Shown: positions 47,666-62,555, counted from the first letter of the whole stretch. The stretch: DNA of 63,862 nucleotides, filler included, from Olpidium bornovanus S191 (GCA_017911155.1; 34 parts of 34 records of this genome joined end to end with filler, not necessarily neighbours in it); one strand, 5' to 3'. The notes: generated by a model not told the origin, from the letters alone. Numbers and translations are program-made.

Positions 47666-48369
47666 ATGAGCCGGCTGACCATCACTTCCTCGTCCGACGG
47701 CCTGTAAATGCGGGCGGCGGTCACAACCGGCAGGAGCCTCCGGTTGGGGAGCACACGTTGTGGGGAGGGGAAGGGAAGGGGGGGGGGGGGTGCCCGACGG
47801 CAGGTAACGAGGAGACTCCTCCTCACCTCGCAACCTCGAACCCGAGCGACGCCATCGGCGAGATCTCGGAGGAGATGAGAAAACGACCTTCCGACGGCCG
47901 ATCAGGGTACGGTCGGACGACCTCGCAGGAAACCTTGGCCAAGACCCTGGTCGGCGCGGGGACGAGCAGCAGGAAGAAAGTCAGCATCGGTGGAAAAAAA
48001 AAGGCAGGGCGTCCCAGTCGCCCCCCCCCCGCCCCCTTCCCCCCCCCCCCTCGGCTCGCCGCTTCCTTTTCTCTCTTCTGTGCCAAAGAGACGCGAGAGA
48101 CGGGGGGCCGCACTCAGGCGGCGGCCCAACGCGGAGGGGGGGGAGGGTGGCGGCTCACAGGGCGAGCGGCGCGGGACCGGGGCACGCGGCGCCGGTCGGG
48201 CGTACCGCGTCTTTCCCAGCGACACGTCGACCTGGCCGTGCTGGGCTCCGAAGGAGATGGAGAGCTTCCGCAGGTCGTCGGGCGCGCGGCCGTCGGCCCT
48301 CACGCGGAGCGCCAGCGCGTCCAGGACGAAGGCCTGCTCGTTGGCGGAGGGCTCCAGCTCGCGGGGCAT
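47666..48369 (-). CDS. RRP45: Exosome subunit Rrp45/EXOSC9, N-terminal three exons
   Basis: MPRELEPSANEQAFVLDAL..RADGR..VSLGKTRVLAKVSCEVVRPYPDRPSEG..EISPMAS..RPSDEEVMVSRL; exons 48369-48206, 47946-47827, 47701-47666. Confidence 0.95.
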
Positions 48370-49477
48370 GGCTGCTGGTCGGGCCTGCTGCGGCCGGTAG
48401 CCGGGGGAAAAGGGCAGGCGGTTCGGGCGGTTTTCTTGCTGGCAAAACGCTCCTTTCCCCTCCGTTTTCGCTCCTCTCTCCCCTTTTTCTTCCCACTCCC
48501 CCGTCCTCTCCTCCTCCTCCGCCGCCACACGCACGTTCCCCCAGCGCACGCACACACACACGCACACACACACACGCCCCTTCCCCGGCCGCAGGGGCGC
48601 GCGCGCGCGCGCGTTGCCGGCGACGCCCGCCCGACCCCCCTGTTCCGTGCCTGGCCCCCGGCGTCTTTTTTATTTTATTTTTTTTTTCGCCTCCTGCGCC
48701 GGGGTGGGATCGTAATTGCCCCCCCGTTGCAAGGGTGATTCTCTCGTCGCGCGCGCTGGGTCCGCGCGCGCTGGGCGTCAACGCGGTGCGGGAGACCGTC
48801 CTGTCTCCTGCCTTTTCTTTTAATGGGAAAAGGCTGGGCGGTAATACCGCCGTTTGCACCGGGGCCACAAACCACACGTCGGCCACCCGGGGGGCGCCGC
48901 GCACCTGGCCTCGTCCCTGCCCTGCCCGTCAGGATGCGCGGTGCCGGCTGGTCTAAACTCCTGCCGGCAGATACAAAAACCGGTCCGAAAAAAAAAAAAA
49001 AAAAAAAAAAATTCAGAGGGAAGGGGGAGGGGATGAGGGGGGCGAGCCCGCGCGGCACCCCCGTCTGCGTCGGGGGTCCCCCGCCGCCATCGCCCGAAAG
49101 AGCGGCCGCGGGCGTTGGGGGTGGTGGACGGGGCCGGTCACGACGGAGGAGGGCGTTTCTGTGCACGGGGCAGGAGTCTTGAATTCTGCGTTCGAAAGGA
49201 GCTCGCGGGAGCTGCTCTATTCCGGGAATCTACCCTACTTTATAGAGAGGATTTCAGGGAAAACCCGGGTGGGCGCAGTGCACTATCTCCCCCCTGAACC
49301 CCTTTGTTTCAGGTCTCGTTTCAGCACCCCGCCTCACTGCGCACACCTCTATCTATCTAACGCCCATGGTCACTGCCNNNNNNNNNNNNNNNNNNNNNNN
49401 NNNNNNNNNNNNNNNNNNNNNTTAATTAATTAANNNNNNNNNNNNNNNNNNNNNNNNNNNNNNNNNNNNNNNNNNNN

Positions 49478-49513
<36 letters not shown>

Positions 49514-49567
49514 AAAGAAATGAGGTCGCTAAAGGCGAAAAGGGGCTTCTTTTATTTTCGCGCGTAC

Positions 49568-50335
49568 CGAGCTTTTCCAGCCTCGATACCAGCCGCCTGA
49601 TTATGTGGACGTAGATGACCAAGTAATCCTGCATCCCTTTCGGCGCCTGCCCCGCTTCAAACGAACGGGCCTCCTCGTCCTAGCAGCGCGGGGCGGGGGG
49701 CGTTCGCAATTAGGACGCAGCAGCGGCGGAGTTCGGGCGGGGCGCGCCCCCTCCCCGCCCGCAAAGATGCTCCGCCTGCTGCTCTCTTCTCGCCTTGTCG
49801 CAGTCGAAGAGGAGGTCGACGTTCGCCTCGATCGATTCGTTGTCCGCGACCTTGTACCCGACCTGGAGGTGGTGCGCGGAGGGCGACTCGTACTGCAGCA
49901 GGACGACCATCCCGAGCGCTTGGTAAAACTGGATCGTCCGGTCGATGTCTGGCGGAAAGGGAGCAGGAGGGCGCGTGGGAGAAAAAAGCGGGACGCGAGC
50001 AAAAGGCCGCAGCGTCGGAGGCGTTACGCCACAAAAGGAGGAGCCCTGAATCTCCAGACTAAAAAAAAAAAAAAATAATCCAAAATCCAAAATCCAAAAG
50101 GCCGTGGGCGAAACCCCCCCCCCCCCCTCAAAAAAACAAACGCATCGGGAGTTACAAACAACCCCCCCCCCCCCTTGCCTTTGCAGCGGAACCTGAAGTA
50201 GCGGAACTGGACTCTCGGCAGTCCCGCGCAGGCCGCGCCGGGGTTGAGGTTTTCGCCTCCGCCGCCGGTCCCGAGACCGCCGCGCGCTGCGATGATCTCG
50301 TCCGACGCGGTGCTGACGCCGGAAGAAGCGGCCAT
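49568..50335 (-). CDS. Glyoxalase/VOC-fold protein, 3 exons visible
   Basis: VQFRYFRFRCKDIDRTIQFYQALGM and DYLVIYVHIIRRLVSRLEKLG fit the paired VOC beta-alpha-beta modules. Exons 50335-50179, 49948-49794, 49679-49568; the first two donors are GC. Confidence 0.6.
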
Positions 50336-53076
50336 CTCTGCAGAGAGAGCCCGGGTGCCCTCCCCCCCCACCTCCGCGGTCCAGGTTTTGGCCCTGTTCG
50401 GCCGCAGCAGCTCTGGAACGGGATGTCTGTCTGCGGTGCGTGTGGCCGAGGGCGCCCCGCCGCGGGTGGAGTTGTGGGGGGAAGGGGGCCCGGGACGCGC
50501 TTCCCCCGTGGATCGAATTTCTCACAGACGGCCGACCGGGAAAGGTGCGGGGGGTGGGAAAGCAGGCAGTTTGTAAAATTTGACCCAATTCCAAGGTGAC
50601 GAGAAAGCCCCTTGAGTCCCTTTGACACCGGGTATGTATTTTCGAAAGATATCGGAAAGATACAGCCGCAATGGGGGATAACGCGGAAAACTACCGGATG
50701 CCGCACAAGGGACAAACGGGGGACCCCCCGCACTCTGGAACCAGTGTCCCGCGCGAAATAAAATATAAAAAAAAAAAAAATTCGCCTGATAGTTTGCCAC
50801 GTCTGCTTTTTTTTTTTGGTTTTTCCGAAAACCTTCCGAGCTCCCTCGACAACAGCGGAACCCCGGTGCCGGCTGCAAAAGACCCCCCCCCCCACCCCCC
50901 CCCCCTTCCCCGATTAATGCCGCCCGCAGCCGGCCGGACTCTCGCGGAAGGGCGGTCGCGCAAAAACTTCGCGAACCAAGCAAACTCTCGTACGTGAGTG
51001 CCTGGGCGCGGAAGGCGGGCGCTCTTCCTCGAAAAGCGGATGAAATCATCAGTTATCCTCGGTGTCCGCGTCGAACAGACTCGCCGAGGGATGCACCGCG
51101 AACGCGGTCGAAAAATGCATCCCGTGCAGGCTGAGCCCCGGCGTGCCTGCCCCCGCGCTCCCTTCCTCTTTTAATTTATTCTTTTTTTTTTGTCTTGGGG
51201 CCTTCGTCCTTGGCATCACCTGCGAGGATATAAATGTCCGTCTGACGCAGAATGTTGCCGTCATTACACACATACGATGGTGCTTCTGTTGCTTTCGTTG
51301 GGAGGGTCTAGATTTGCCCGTTGCGCTCGGCTCTTCCCCCCGCGCAGTTCGGGTCCTCCGCGAAGTCAACCCGCGCCCTCCTTGTTCGGAGGTCGCGGAG
51401 CGGTAAAAAAAAAAAAAAGAGAAACGCGTTCCGCGAAATTTTACAGGCGAAGTCGAAGGGCGTGGACTTGGGCGTGTTTTCTTTTCCGGTCTGCAGGACA
51501 AATTTCGCGATTGCGCTCGAGGGGACGATCGGTGGCTTCCGCGATTCGGCGGGGAAGTTCGAAGGCGTTTCGTAAGCTTTTGGCTCGGAAAAACGCTTAC
51601 GTCCGGCGCCGCGCCGCGCGCCTGCTGACAATCCCGCAAACCGTCGCGCCGGGAAAAAAAAAAGCAAAAACACAAAAAACTCGCCGCTGGCCAGGCGTGG
51701 CGTGTCTGATATATGGGGGACGCGCTGGGAACCCGCTCACGAGGCAGGGGACAGGGCATTGCGTGCGAACCGGATGAATGATGAAAAAAAGAGAGAAAAC
51801 TAAACAGGAGGAAGCTCGCGGCGAGTAGGAAAGCGGTGGGAAGGGAGGGGGGAAGGGGGGGGGGGGGGGGGGGGGGGCAAACCGGCGTATCGTGTCTTGC
51901 TTGTGCTAATTTTTGGTTGTTTTTTTGGTACTTGCATGACGTATAAGGCGGGGTATTGGGCGGGAAAGCGAAAATGGCGGCGTTGAATGATGGCCGAGGG
52001 CAAGGGTTTCCCGGGGTGGCGCGGGGCATCACGCTTTCCTTATCCGCGTCTCCAANNNNNNNNNNNNNNNNNNNNNNNNNNNNNNNNNNNNNNNNNNNNT
52101 TAATTAATTAANNNNNNNNNNNNNNNNNNNNNNNNNNNNNNNNNNNNNNNNNNNNCATGCCATCCTTCCCACTCTGGTGGTTTTTTGAATTCATTTTTAG
52201 TTTCCCCTTCTTCACAAAATGGCTTCCACTGCCGAGTGGCGCTGCACATCTCATATCAGTCGCATCTCATATTACAATATTGGGCATTCACCTAATTGGG
52301 ATATGATGGTCCGCGCCGCCGCCACTCGTTCTCGCTCTGCTCACTGTGCGACGGGAGGCCGGAAGGGGTCTGAAGCGCGCGCCCGATGCTGTTTATCACT
52401 GCCGCGCCCCTGACGATTCGACCGAAACTAAAAAGAAAATACTCCCGGGCCAAGCGAGATTGCCACAAAGTTGACCGCTTCTGGAACACGGCGCGGCTGA
52501 GTTTTTTGTTCGGGTCGCGTTGTTTACGTGCGATAATGAGAGACCCGTGGCGACCGTGTTTTGTTTCCAGGCGTGGGTGTGGACGGTGGGACTACTGTAT
52601 TTCGAAGTTTTAGTGGATTATTTTGTGCCGTGTTTGTTTTTTTGTGTTATTTTTGCTTTTTTTCTTTTTTCTTTTGTTTTTTTTTGTTTTCTTTTCTTTT
52701 CTTTTTTTTTTTGAAACGGCCAAAAGCGTCCCGGCCCCCTGCTTTCCTCCCGACTGGCCGGAAAGGGGAATGTTACTATCAATAATGGTAGTGGCAGAAG
52801 GGAAATATAAAATGTGCACGCGCACCACTTCAAGAAAAATGCGGCCAAAGGTGGGAGGGAAAAAAAAAAAAGCCGATCCGAAGCGCAGAGGGAGAAAGAA
52901 AAACGGGAGCCGACCGTGGAAAAGATCATTTTTCCCCCGTTCCCAGCGGCGGGGCTGGCGGGTTTTTTTTTATTTTAAAGGGGTGTAGGGAAAATCGCGA
53001 ATGAAAAAAAAAAAAGCTCGCCGTTCCTTCGTCCAAGGGGGAGGCGCCTATCGGGGTGAGAAAAAAATAATAGAAA

Positions 53077-53150
53077 TGATCTCTACCAGATTTGAACTGG
53101 TGACCGTCTGTGTGTTAGACAGACGTGATAACCAACTACACCAAGAGATC
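53077..53150 (-). tRNA. tRNA-Val: tRNA-Val(AAC)
   Basis: GATCTCT/AGAGATC acceptor stem, D arm GTGTAGTTGGTTATCAC, anticodon arm TCTGT-CTAACAC-ACAGA, T arm ACCAG-TTCAAAT-CTGGT, A73, T7 terminator at 53067-53061. Confidence 0.96.
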
Positions 53151-53809
53151 CAAATTGATGATTTTCCTGCCTCAAAAGTGTTCAATGTGCCATTAAAGCA
53201 TCTCTTCGTTGAGCCGTCACGTTTATATGATGAAAACCCTTGACTCCTGAGATAATAGACTGAATTGTGGTGGCGTCCGAAACAATTCGTTTCATCAGGT
53301 CAAAATTTTTGGGGCCTGAGCGTGCACGTTCGCCTGTCATCAAGCGCGGGCTGAGTCCCGCTGACCTCACTACGAACACGTTTTAAGGCCGACCACGGGC
53401 GAGGGGGCTCTAAGTGCCGCGGCCACGGGGCACGGGCATCATTGAACCGTCGCGTACAGCACAACTGGCATTATGCTCATCGTCGCCATTGATGATCCGA
53501 ATGATGCTATGTTCCGTGGTCGCCGTCAATGATCTCCCCACCTCGACCAGGTGGCGGGAAGGGCAGGCCCGGCTGCGCGTAGGACGTACATGCAGGGCTC
53601 GTTGGGGAGGGCGACGAATCCGGGCCGGAGAAGCTCCGCTTTCAGATCGTGGGTTCCAGACACGTCCTGTTGAGGCAATAGCAGTTGTAATGATGTCTGA
53701 TGGTGCGCCNNNNNNNNNNNNNNNNNNNNNNNNNNNNNNNNNNNNNNNNNNNNTTAATTAATTAANNNNNNNNNNNNNNNNNNNNNNNNNNNNNNNNNNN
53801 NNNNNNNNN

Positions 53810-55270
53810 GCGAGGGGAGCGCGCCGAAGCCCGCGTCGACGAGAGCCGCGATAACAGCAAGAAGAGGGCTCCGCTGTCCTGCGGCCACCCGTACCTACGG
53901 CAATCCGCACGCGTAAAACAGCCCATTGCTGCCCGTCCCAGCCTGCCACAACCCCGTCGGAGTCAACAGTCTCCCGACAACGGTGCGCGGTGGAAGGTCG
54001 AGCATCGGCTCGTCTGCGGGGAGCGGTATCGCAGCGGCGGCCGCAAGTGCGTCTACCTCACCAGAGGAGACAGCCGGGGCGAGAGCGGTCGTGGCGGGAG
54101 CGGTCGACAGGGGTGCCATCGACGGCGCGGTCGAAAGGGCCGCCAAGGGAAGGGCGGTCGACGGCGGTTCGGCGGCGGACATACCGGGGTCGGGCGCGGG
54201 TGTCCCGGAGCTGCGGCGGCGGTGGCGGCGAGGCGAGGGCATGCGCGGGTCGAAGGCCAAGGAGGGAGGCCGGTCGACGGGAGGTAGGCGCTGGAGCGGA
54301 GGATGGGATGGCGTTGGGGGAGCAACGGGAGAGCTTAAAACAACGCGAGGAGGAGAGGGGGGGAGCTTGTCCTCGGATTCCCCACTTTGTTGTGGGTGGT
54401 GGTGTGTCCGGCGAAGGTTTCTTGTGTTTATTAGAAGAGGGGGGACACCAGGGGTTACGTACTTGGGCCCCCCTCGATTGGTGGGGGCCCGAACAATAAG
54501 GAGAAGCGGGCGGTACATCGAGCTCGAGCGGTGGATATCAAAGTCGGGCGAAGAGCATCGGGATCGAGCGACAGGCTTCGAGGTCAAACGGAAAGCATCG
54601 AGGTTGAACGGTACATCGATGGAAGGCGGTGCGTTGGGCGGAGGAGTGAGGGAATAATAGAGTGTCCACTACATTTGTCCAACGACTATGGCTGCCACAT
54701 GGGTAGTCCTTGGAGTGGCTCCTCCAAAGTAGACTTGCTTGTCCACTTAGCTTATTGGTAGCTAACGCCAGGGCCTCTGCCGGGGGGAAGCGTCCGACTT
54801 CCATGACTGTCTCCATTTTTTCTATGAAGCCGGTGACGGTCACCGCCTCTCCTGGACCCGCAAATTGTGGGACGGAGGCCAGCAGTGCTCTAATGATTAA
54901 GTCCGAGGGTTTGGAATTGGCACTCCCATGGTGCTCGACGCGCATGGCAAAAGAGCTTCCGTCGTGGTTTTCCGCGCCGCGCGTGTTTTCGTCATCTGGG
55001 TGCAGGTCCGAAGTGACCATCTCTTCAACCGTGTCTTGGAGGTCTTGGAGTCTGTCCTCCATGGCGGCTTTTTTCCTTTGAAGGAAGGACACCCTATTGC
55101 GTAGGGCGGTCATTTCCGCGTCGGCGTTTTCGGCGCCGCTTCTCTTCCTTTGCTTGTTCTCGTCCTAGCAGAACGGAATCCACTATTTTTTTCGACTTTT
55201 CCGATAGTCCCGTCATTCGGGACGCATTGGACAATATGGATTCTCTCGAGGGGCTTCGCTCGCCGGTCTT
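53810..55270 (-). mobile_element. Degenerate Ty3/gypsy-like retroelement: gag capsid region and possible protease remnant
   Basis: RALLASVPQFAGPGEAVTVTGFIEKME..ALALATNKLSGQASLLW (retrotransposon gag pattern); frameshift near 55130; downstream GLFYACG..*VRV..AALVDAG resembles a decayed retropepsin motif. Confidence 0.7.
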
Positions 55271-55613
55271 GGTGGCGTCACGGGACGTTCCTCTTCCACG
55301 TTCGGAGGTGAAGAAGGCGAAGACGCAGCGTATACGGCGAGCCCGAACGAACGGGAAGGAAAGAACTGTATTTGGGGGCGTCTGTTTACTATAGTTTCCC
55401 CTGTGCCCCATTTTATGTGGGCGGCGACTTGAGGAATCTACGCAAAAGGGGTGACGCGGGCCTGGTGTGCACACAGTGCGTCTACGGCTCAGCTCCCTTC
55501 CCCCCCCCCTTTTCTTCTCCCCCCCCCCCCCCCCCCCCCCCCCCGCAGTTTTCAGCGGTTCCGGACAAACCAGAACTTCTTCCCGCGCGCCGGACACGGG
55601 CACCCCTCTCGCC

Positions 55614-56740
<1,127 letters not shown>

Positions 56741-57267
56741 GTCAGTTANNNNNNNNNNNNNNNNNNNNNNNNNNNNNNNNNNNNNNNNNNNNTTAATTAA
56801 TTAANNNNNNNNNNNNNNNNNNNNNNNNNNNNNNNNNNNNNNNNNNNNCATGGCCGCAGTGTTGATCTGGCGTTTCCGCGCGGCCGAGAGGAGGGGAAAA
56901 GGAAGAAGAAGCAGGTACATATCTGCTGTCAGCCCGAACAGCCGGCAAACCGTTGTCCGACGTGCCGTTCTGCACGACAGTCAACAACCCGAAACGTTTA
57001 CACCGTCCCGTCGGCGCTCTTTTTTCCCAGCTTAAGATGGGAATCGAGGGGCAGGCTCAGGCCTGCATGCAAAGATTTTCCAACCTCAGGCCTGAATTCA
57101 AATCGCCGTCCTGCTCCTCCAATTTTGCCTTTTTCCTAAACGGAATGCCAAACACAACCCGGCAACAAAATGTTCCGGCAGCGGCAGCAGCGGAGGCGAC
57201 GGGACGACCGGCCCTACCAGAAAAGCGAACCAAAAAGGAACCAAGAAAAATTGAAAAAAAAACCTAC

Positions 57268-58007
57268 CACAGCCGCGTGGGCGAGTACGAGCGGAAGGCC
57301 GAACCCAGTGACGATAAGAATCGAGGTGATGAACCTGCCGGCGTCCTGAAAGCCGGAATTCCCCTCGCCCAGCATGAGCTCGTCTCCCCCGCCACCGCAC
57401 CGGGAGAATAAGAAGTTTGGCAGCGGTGCTAAAACGTAAGTCGTCACGACCAACAGCGGGTACCAATTCCTTTTTTTGATTTCGGCGAGGGGTGATCGCG
57501 GAATGCGCCACGCGCGCGTTTAGTGGCGCCTCCAGACCTCGGCTTTCCGAACAAGCGATGGACGGAGCGGACGGAGAAGCGGCCAGCGGGAGTCGCTCTC
57601 AAGCGGACTTACTGGTATAGGGCGCACGAAAGGATCACCAGCAGAAAGCCGCATGCCAACACGAACGCCAGCCCGACAATACTGGACGTTGAAAAATGAG
57701 AGAGCAGTCATAGAAATTTTTTGAGTGTGCGGTGAGGAGACCGGGCGGCGTGCCGGAAGGGCAGTCACCAAACCCTTCCCCGGATTATTTTTTTTTTTCC
57801 GTTCTCCCGGCCGCGCCCAAGCCGTTGGCACCCTCCCGCCACATACGCTAAGACGGTGCGAAAGAGTCCGGAAGAACGCAACGTGGATGAGCTCTCCCCT
57901 CAGTGGCGTAGGAACTTCCAAAGGCTTCCTCACGCGTGGGTCTGCCGCGGTGGAGGGGCCAGTCTCCGTGTGCGACCAAGGCCCAGCTCACTTTTCCCTC
58001 CCGCCAT
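57268..58007 (-). CDS. VPS55: Vacuolar protein sorting 55 / LEPROTL1
   Basis: MAGGK..IVGLAFVLACGFLLVILSCALYQNWYPLLVVTTYVLAPLPN..GRFITSILIVTGFGLPLVLAH. The phase of the first intron is not fully resolved and the last exon was not placed. Confidence 0.85.
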
Positions 58008-58634
58008 GTTCCTCCGCCGTCCCTAGCAATAAGCGCGCAACCGCCCGTTGCAGCCGCCTGATGCGGAAATACTTGACGAATTAAATATCGGCCAGAAGAG
58101 GCGTGGTTTTTGTTGACGAAAACTTCGGGTCGCGCGGGTCCGCTCCGCTTTCCAATTATGTCTCTCTCCCTCTCTCTGCTGCTGCTGTCTTTTTTTTTTT
58201 TTTTTTTTTTTTCCTTTCTTTTTCCTCTCTTTCCTCTTTCGGCAGCCGCGCAGCGGTGCAACAACCCAGACCGTCCCGATTTGTGTGCGACGTGTGATCG
58301 TCTTTCCGCTTTTTTTTTTTTTTTTTTTCTCTTCCGCCCACCGGGAGAACGCGGCCGTTACTCGGTGATGATACCTAAGCCGCCGTCACTGAGACGCACA
58401 CCGCACGCCGCCTGGGCGTTTTCTCTCTTTCTCTTTTGTCTGGTCGCCAAACGGGAGAGGACACGTTCCCGCGTGCGTGCGTGCGTGTGTGTGTGTGTGT
58501 GTCCTCCCCCGTGCTGCCCGGTCGCGTGAGGCGGNNNNNNNNNNNNNNNNNNNNNNNNNNNNNNNNNNNNNNNNNNNNTTAATTAATTAANNNNNNNNNN
58601 NNNNNNNNNNNNNNNNNNNNNNNNNNNNNNNNNN

Positions 58635-59523
58635 CCATGAAGCCTGGAAGCCCCGTTCGCTATTCGATCACCTTCGGCACCGACGGCGTACCGCCTGCGG
58701 ATTTCCAGAGCAGCATTTTGACACCTACGTCCCTCGGCCCGGGCTCGCCCGCAGGCAATCCGCCCGGCCGTTCGCCTGACGAGAGCGGCGGCCCGGTTGT
58801 GGAATCGCAAATTTCGAACGCGGCGCCCGGCGCTTCGCCTAGGGAATTGCCGCTCGATCCGCCCGGCGTTTCGCCCCAGGGATGGGCCGCTTTGCCTCGG
58901 GAATCGCACACGCCGGCATCCGCAGACGACGTTCGGCGGCCTTGGGGAGTCGGTCCGCGCAGATTGCGGCGCAGAAGGACGTTTTCCGTGGCGAAGCGTG
59001 AACCCGCCGCTGGGCCCCTCAGCAAGCGGGGAGGCTTGACCGTTTACGTTCACCAAGCACACGTCAGGCCGTTTCGGACGCAGGCCGGGACGCCAACCAG
59101 GTTGTCGATCCCGTCGCCGGACCGTCGGTCGGAAAGCGAAGGGACGGCCGAGGGCCTGGTAAGTTTCTTGTCTCTTCGGCTCTCGGCACCTCTGTCCGCC
59201 ACGGCGCCCAGCCTCTCTGCGCCAAGTGAGAGCACTCCGACCCAGAACGGCGGCGTCGAATTCGCCGGGATCTCGTCGAAGCGGCGAGGCTCCAGAGACG
59301 CCGCAGAGCAGTCGACGTCGACGGCCCACCATTTCCTGAAGCTGAATGGGTTGGAGCCGCTGCGGAGCACGTTCAGCAGCTGGCGGTCGGCAAACGGGGT
59401 GCGGACAGACGCTCTGAACAATTCGCGGCGGCTGAAGACCCCGACCAAGCTGAAAGATCTTATGAACTGCGCCGCTTGCAGCGGTGGCATATGGCTGTTT
59501 GAGAAACGGCTCCACTGCAAAGG
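58635..59523 (+). CDS. Signalling protein fragment with C1 (DAG/phorbol-binding) zinc finger
   Basis: Long Ser/Pro-rich open frame ending RRLKTPTKLKDLMNCAACSGGIWLFEKRLHCK before a GT donor; parent family not identifiable. Confidence 0.5.
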
Positions 59524-59901
59524 TCGGGAAGGGGGGGTGGGGGCGGGTGGGGAGGAGGGGAAGACATTAGCGGCGTGCGCGTTTTCGTTTTTGGCGAGCG
59601 CCGGTCCCTTTTTGTTTCCAGCACGCGTTGCTCCCACTTACCACCCGGCCGAATGTATGGCGTGCTCATGATCGAGTAGCCATGCGCCGGCCCCCCCCCC
59701 CTTCCACCACGCTTCTTTTTGCGCCCGTTTCAATGACAAACGGAGCGGGCTTACGTCGTTTCCGCCGGTGCACAAATGATCCGTTTTTCTTCTTTTCCTC
59801 GNNNNNNNNNNNNNNNNNNNNNNNNNNNNNNNNNNNNNNNNNNNNTTAATTAATTAANNNNNNNNNNNNNNNNNNNNNNNNNNNNNNNNNNNNNNNNNNN
59901 N

Positions 59902-61131
59902 CATGTCCTCGGTCAGCACAAGCTCGTACGCCCTCCCTTGTTGGAAAGGCTGGCGCTCGACTGTCCCGTCGCACTTGACGAACTCCTCCATCCACGTAAA
60001 GTCTGACACAGACTTCTTCCGTGCGGAAGAGGTAAAAAGCGTGAACAAGCGCAGCTTGTAGGGGTTGCCCACCCGGTGGCGCGCGCCCGGGGACGCGCGG
60101 TGCCGGCTGTCGGCGTCGGAAAGCGCGGCCGACGCCTGCATAAGTCTTCCCGGCGAGACAGTTCGGGGAAGACCTGCGGAGACGTTGGCTCCCGAAGCCG
60201 TGAGGGCCAAACTCAGGTATGGTACTGTTCGCCGCGGCGCGGCGACGAGTTTTATGGAAACAATAACAGGTACGCTAATGAGCTCACAACTTCGAAGCAG
60301 AAAAAACGGACGAATCTACTTCCAGCCTCGCTCAGAACACCATCAGCCTTACCGATATCTTCTATCTTCGCAACAATCTCCCTAAGATCTTTCTCCAGCG
60401 CGTTCTGTTCCTCCACTGTGCTGCTTCTCCGCGACGACCCTGTAGCCGCCGCCTCGTCGCCACCGGACATGTCTGCCATTTTTGCCGTGAGCCGGTCGAT
60501 GTCCTTGCGTAGGCGGGTAGACATGTTGACCACACCGTCCAGAGCCGAATTGCCGCGGGCGGCAATTATCTCGATGAGGTCTTGCCGTTGTTCAAGTCAC
60601 GCGGGAAGTAAAAAGAAAGTTGAAAATTCATGCAGCCACCGACGCGAGGCGCGGGGTAAGTTTCCTTGCTTAATCGGAAACGAGAGCATCGACGCACCGA
60701 TCGACGGCGAAATAATCGCGATCTTCGTCTCAAACTTCTCCTGCAAGGCTTGCAAAGTGCGGACGTTTGCGCTCTGCGCCTTCTGGCTGGCGATATAGCT
60801 GGTCACTTGCCGCTGCGAGCAGTCGGCAGGCGAGCGTTATTATTTCGCGGGCATTGACGCCGTCAGCCAAGCCTGCCAGCTCCCCTAACCGACGGCATCG
60901 CGCGCGCGCGCGGCCCTTCGGCAAGGGCCGGCGCAGTCGCCCTCACCAGGGCAATGCTGGATGCCGTCCCAAAGGCGGCCTTTCCGATAAGCTGGACCGA
61001 GTGGAGGGCTAGCTTCGCGAAGATGTCCTCCTGCGAGTTGTCCGTAAAAGGGAAGCGGGGACGGAGACGGGTCAGCGCGTGGGGCGGGGGAAGGTGAAGC
61101 GAGCGTGCCTGTATGCGCTGTGCAGTACCAT
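59902..61131 (-). CDS. YRB30: RanGTP-binding protein Yrb30-like, 3' truncated
   Basis: Spliced MEDIFAKLALHSVQLIGKAAFG..ALRQV..KFETKIAIISPSIDLIEIIAARGNSAL..VPYLSLALTASG..VSPGRLMQAS..TWMEEF..YELVLTED follows the fungal Ran-binding family pattern. Confidence 0.8.
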
Positions 61132-61317
61132 GGTGGCGGCGTCCTCCTCCTCCGGTTCTGCGAGGGCCGGGGCGGGATGCACGGAGGCCGGGGAGCGTCG
61201 GGAAGTTTCCGCGAGTTGGGTTTGTTGTCGGCTGCGGCGGTGCGGAGGAGGCCGAACGTGCGCGCGCCGCCGCTTTCCCCGTGTGCATTTCCCGGTGCGC
61301 ATTTCCCGCCCGCCCCG

Positions 61318-61366
<49 letters not shown>

Positions 61367-61489
61367 CGCCCCCCCGCCCCCCCCCCCCCNNNNNNNNNNN
61401 NNNNNNNNNNNNNNNNNNNNNNNNNNNNNNNNNTTAATTAATTAANNNNNNNNNNNNNNNNNNNNNNNNNNNNNNNNNNNNNNNNNNNN

Positions 61490-62555
<1,066 letters not shown>

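Noticed and set aside
53414-53709. RHLVEVGRSL as a copia integrase motif
   Set aside because: A single short resemblance with no D,D35E core or zinc finger nearby.
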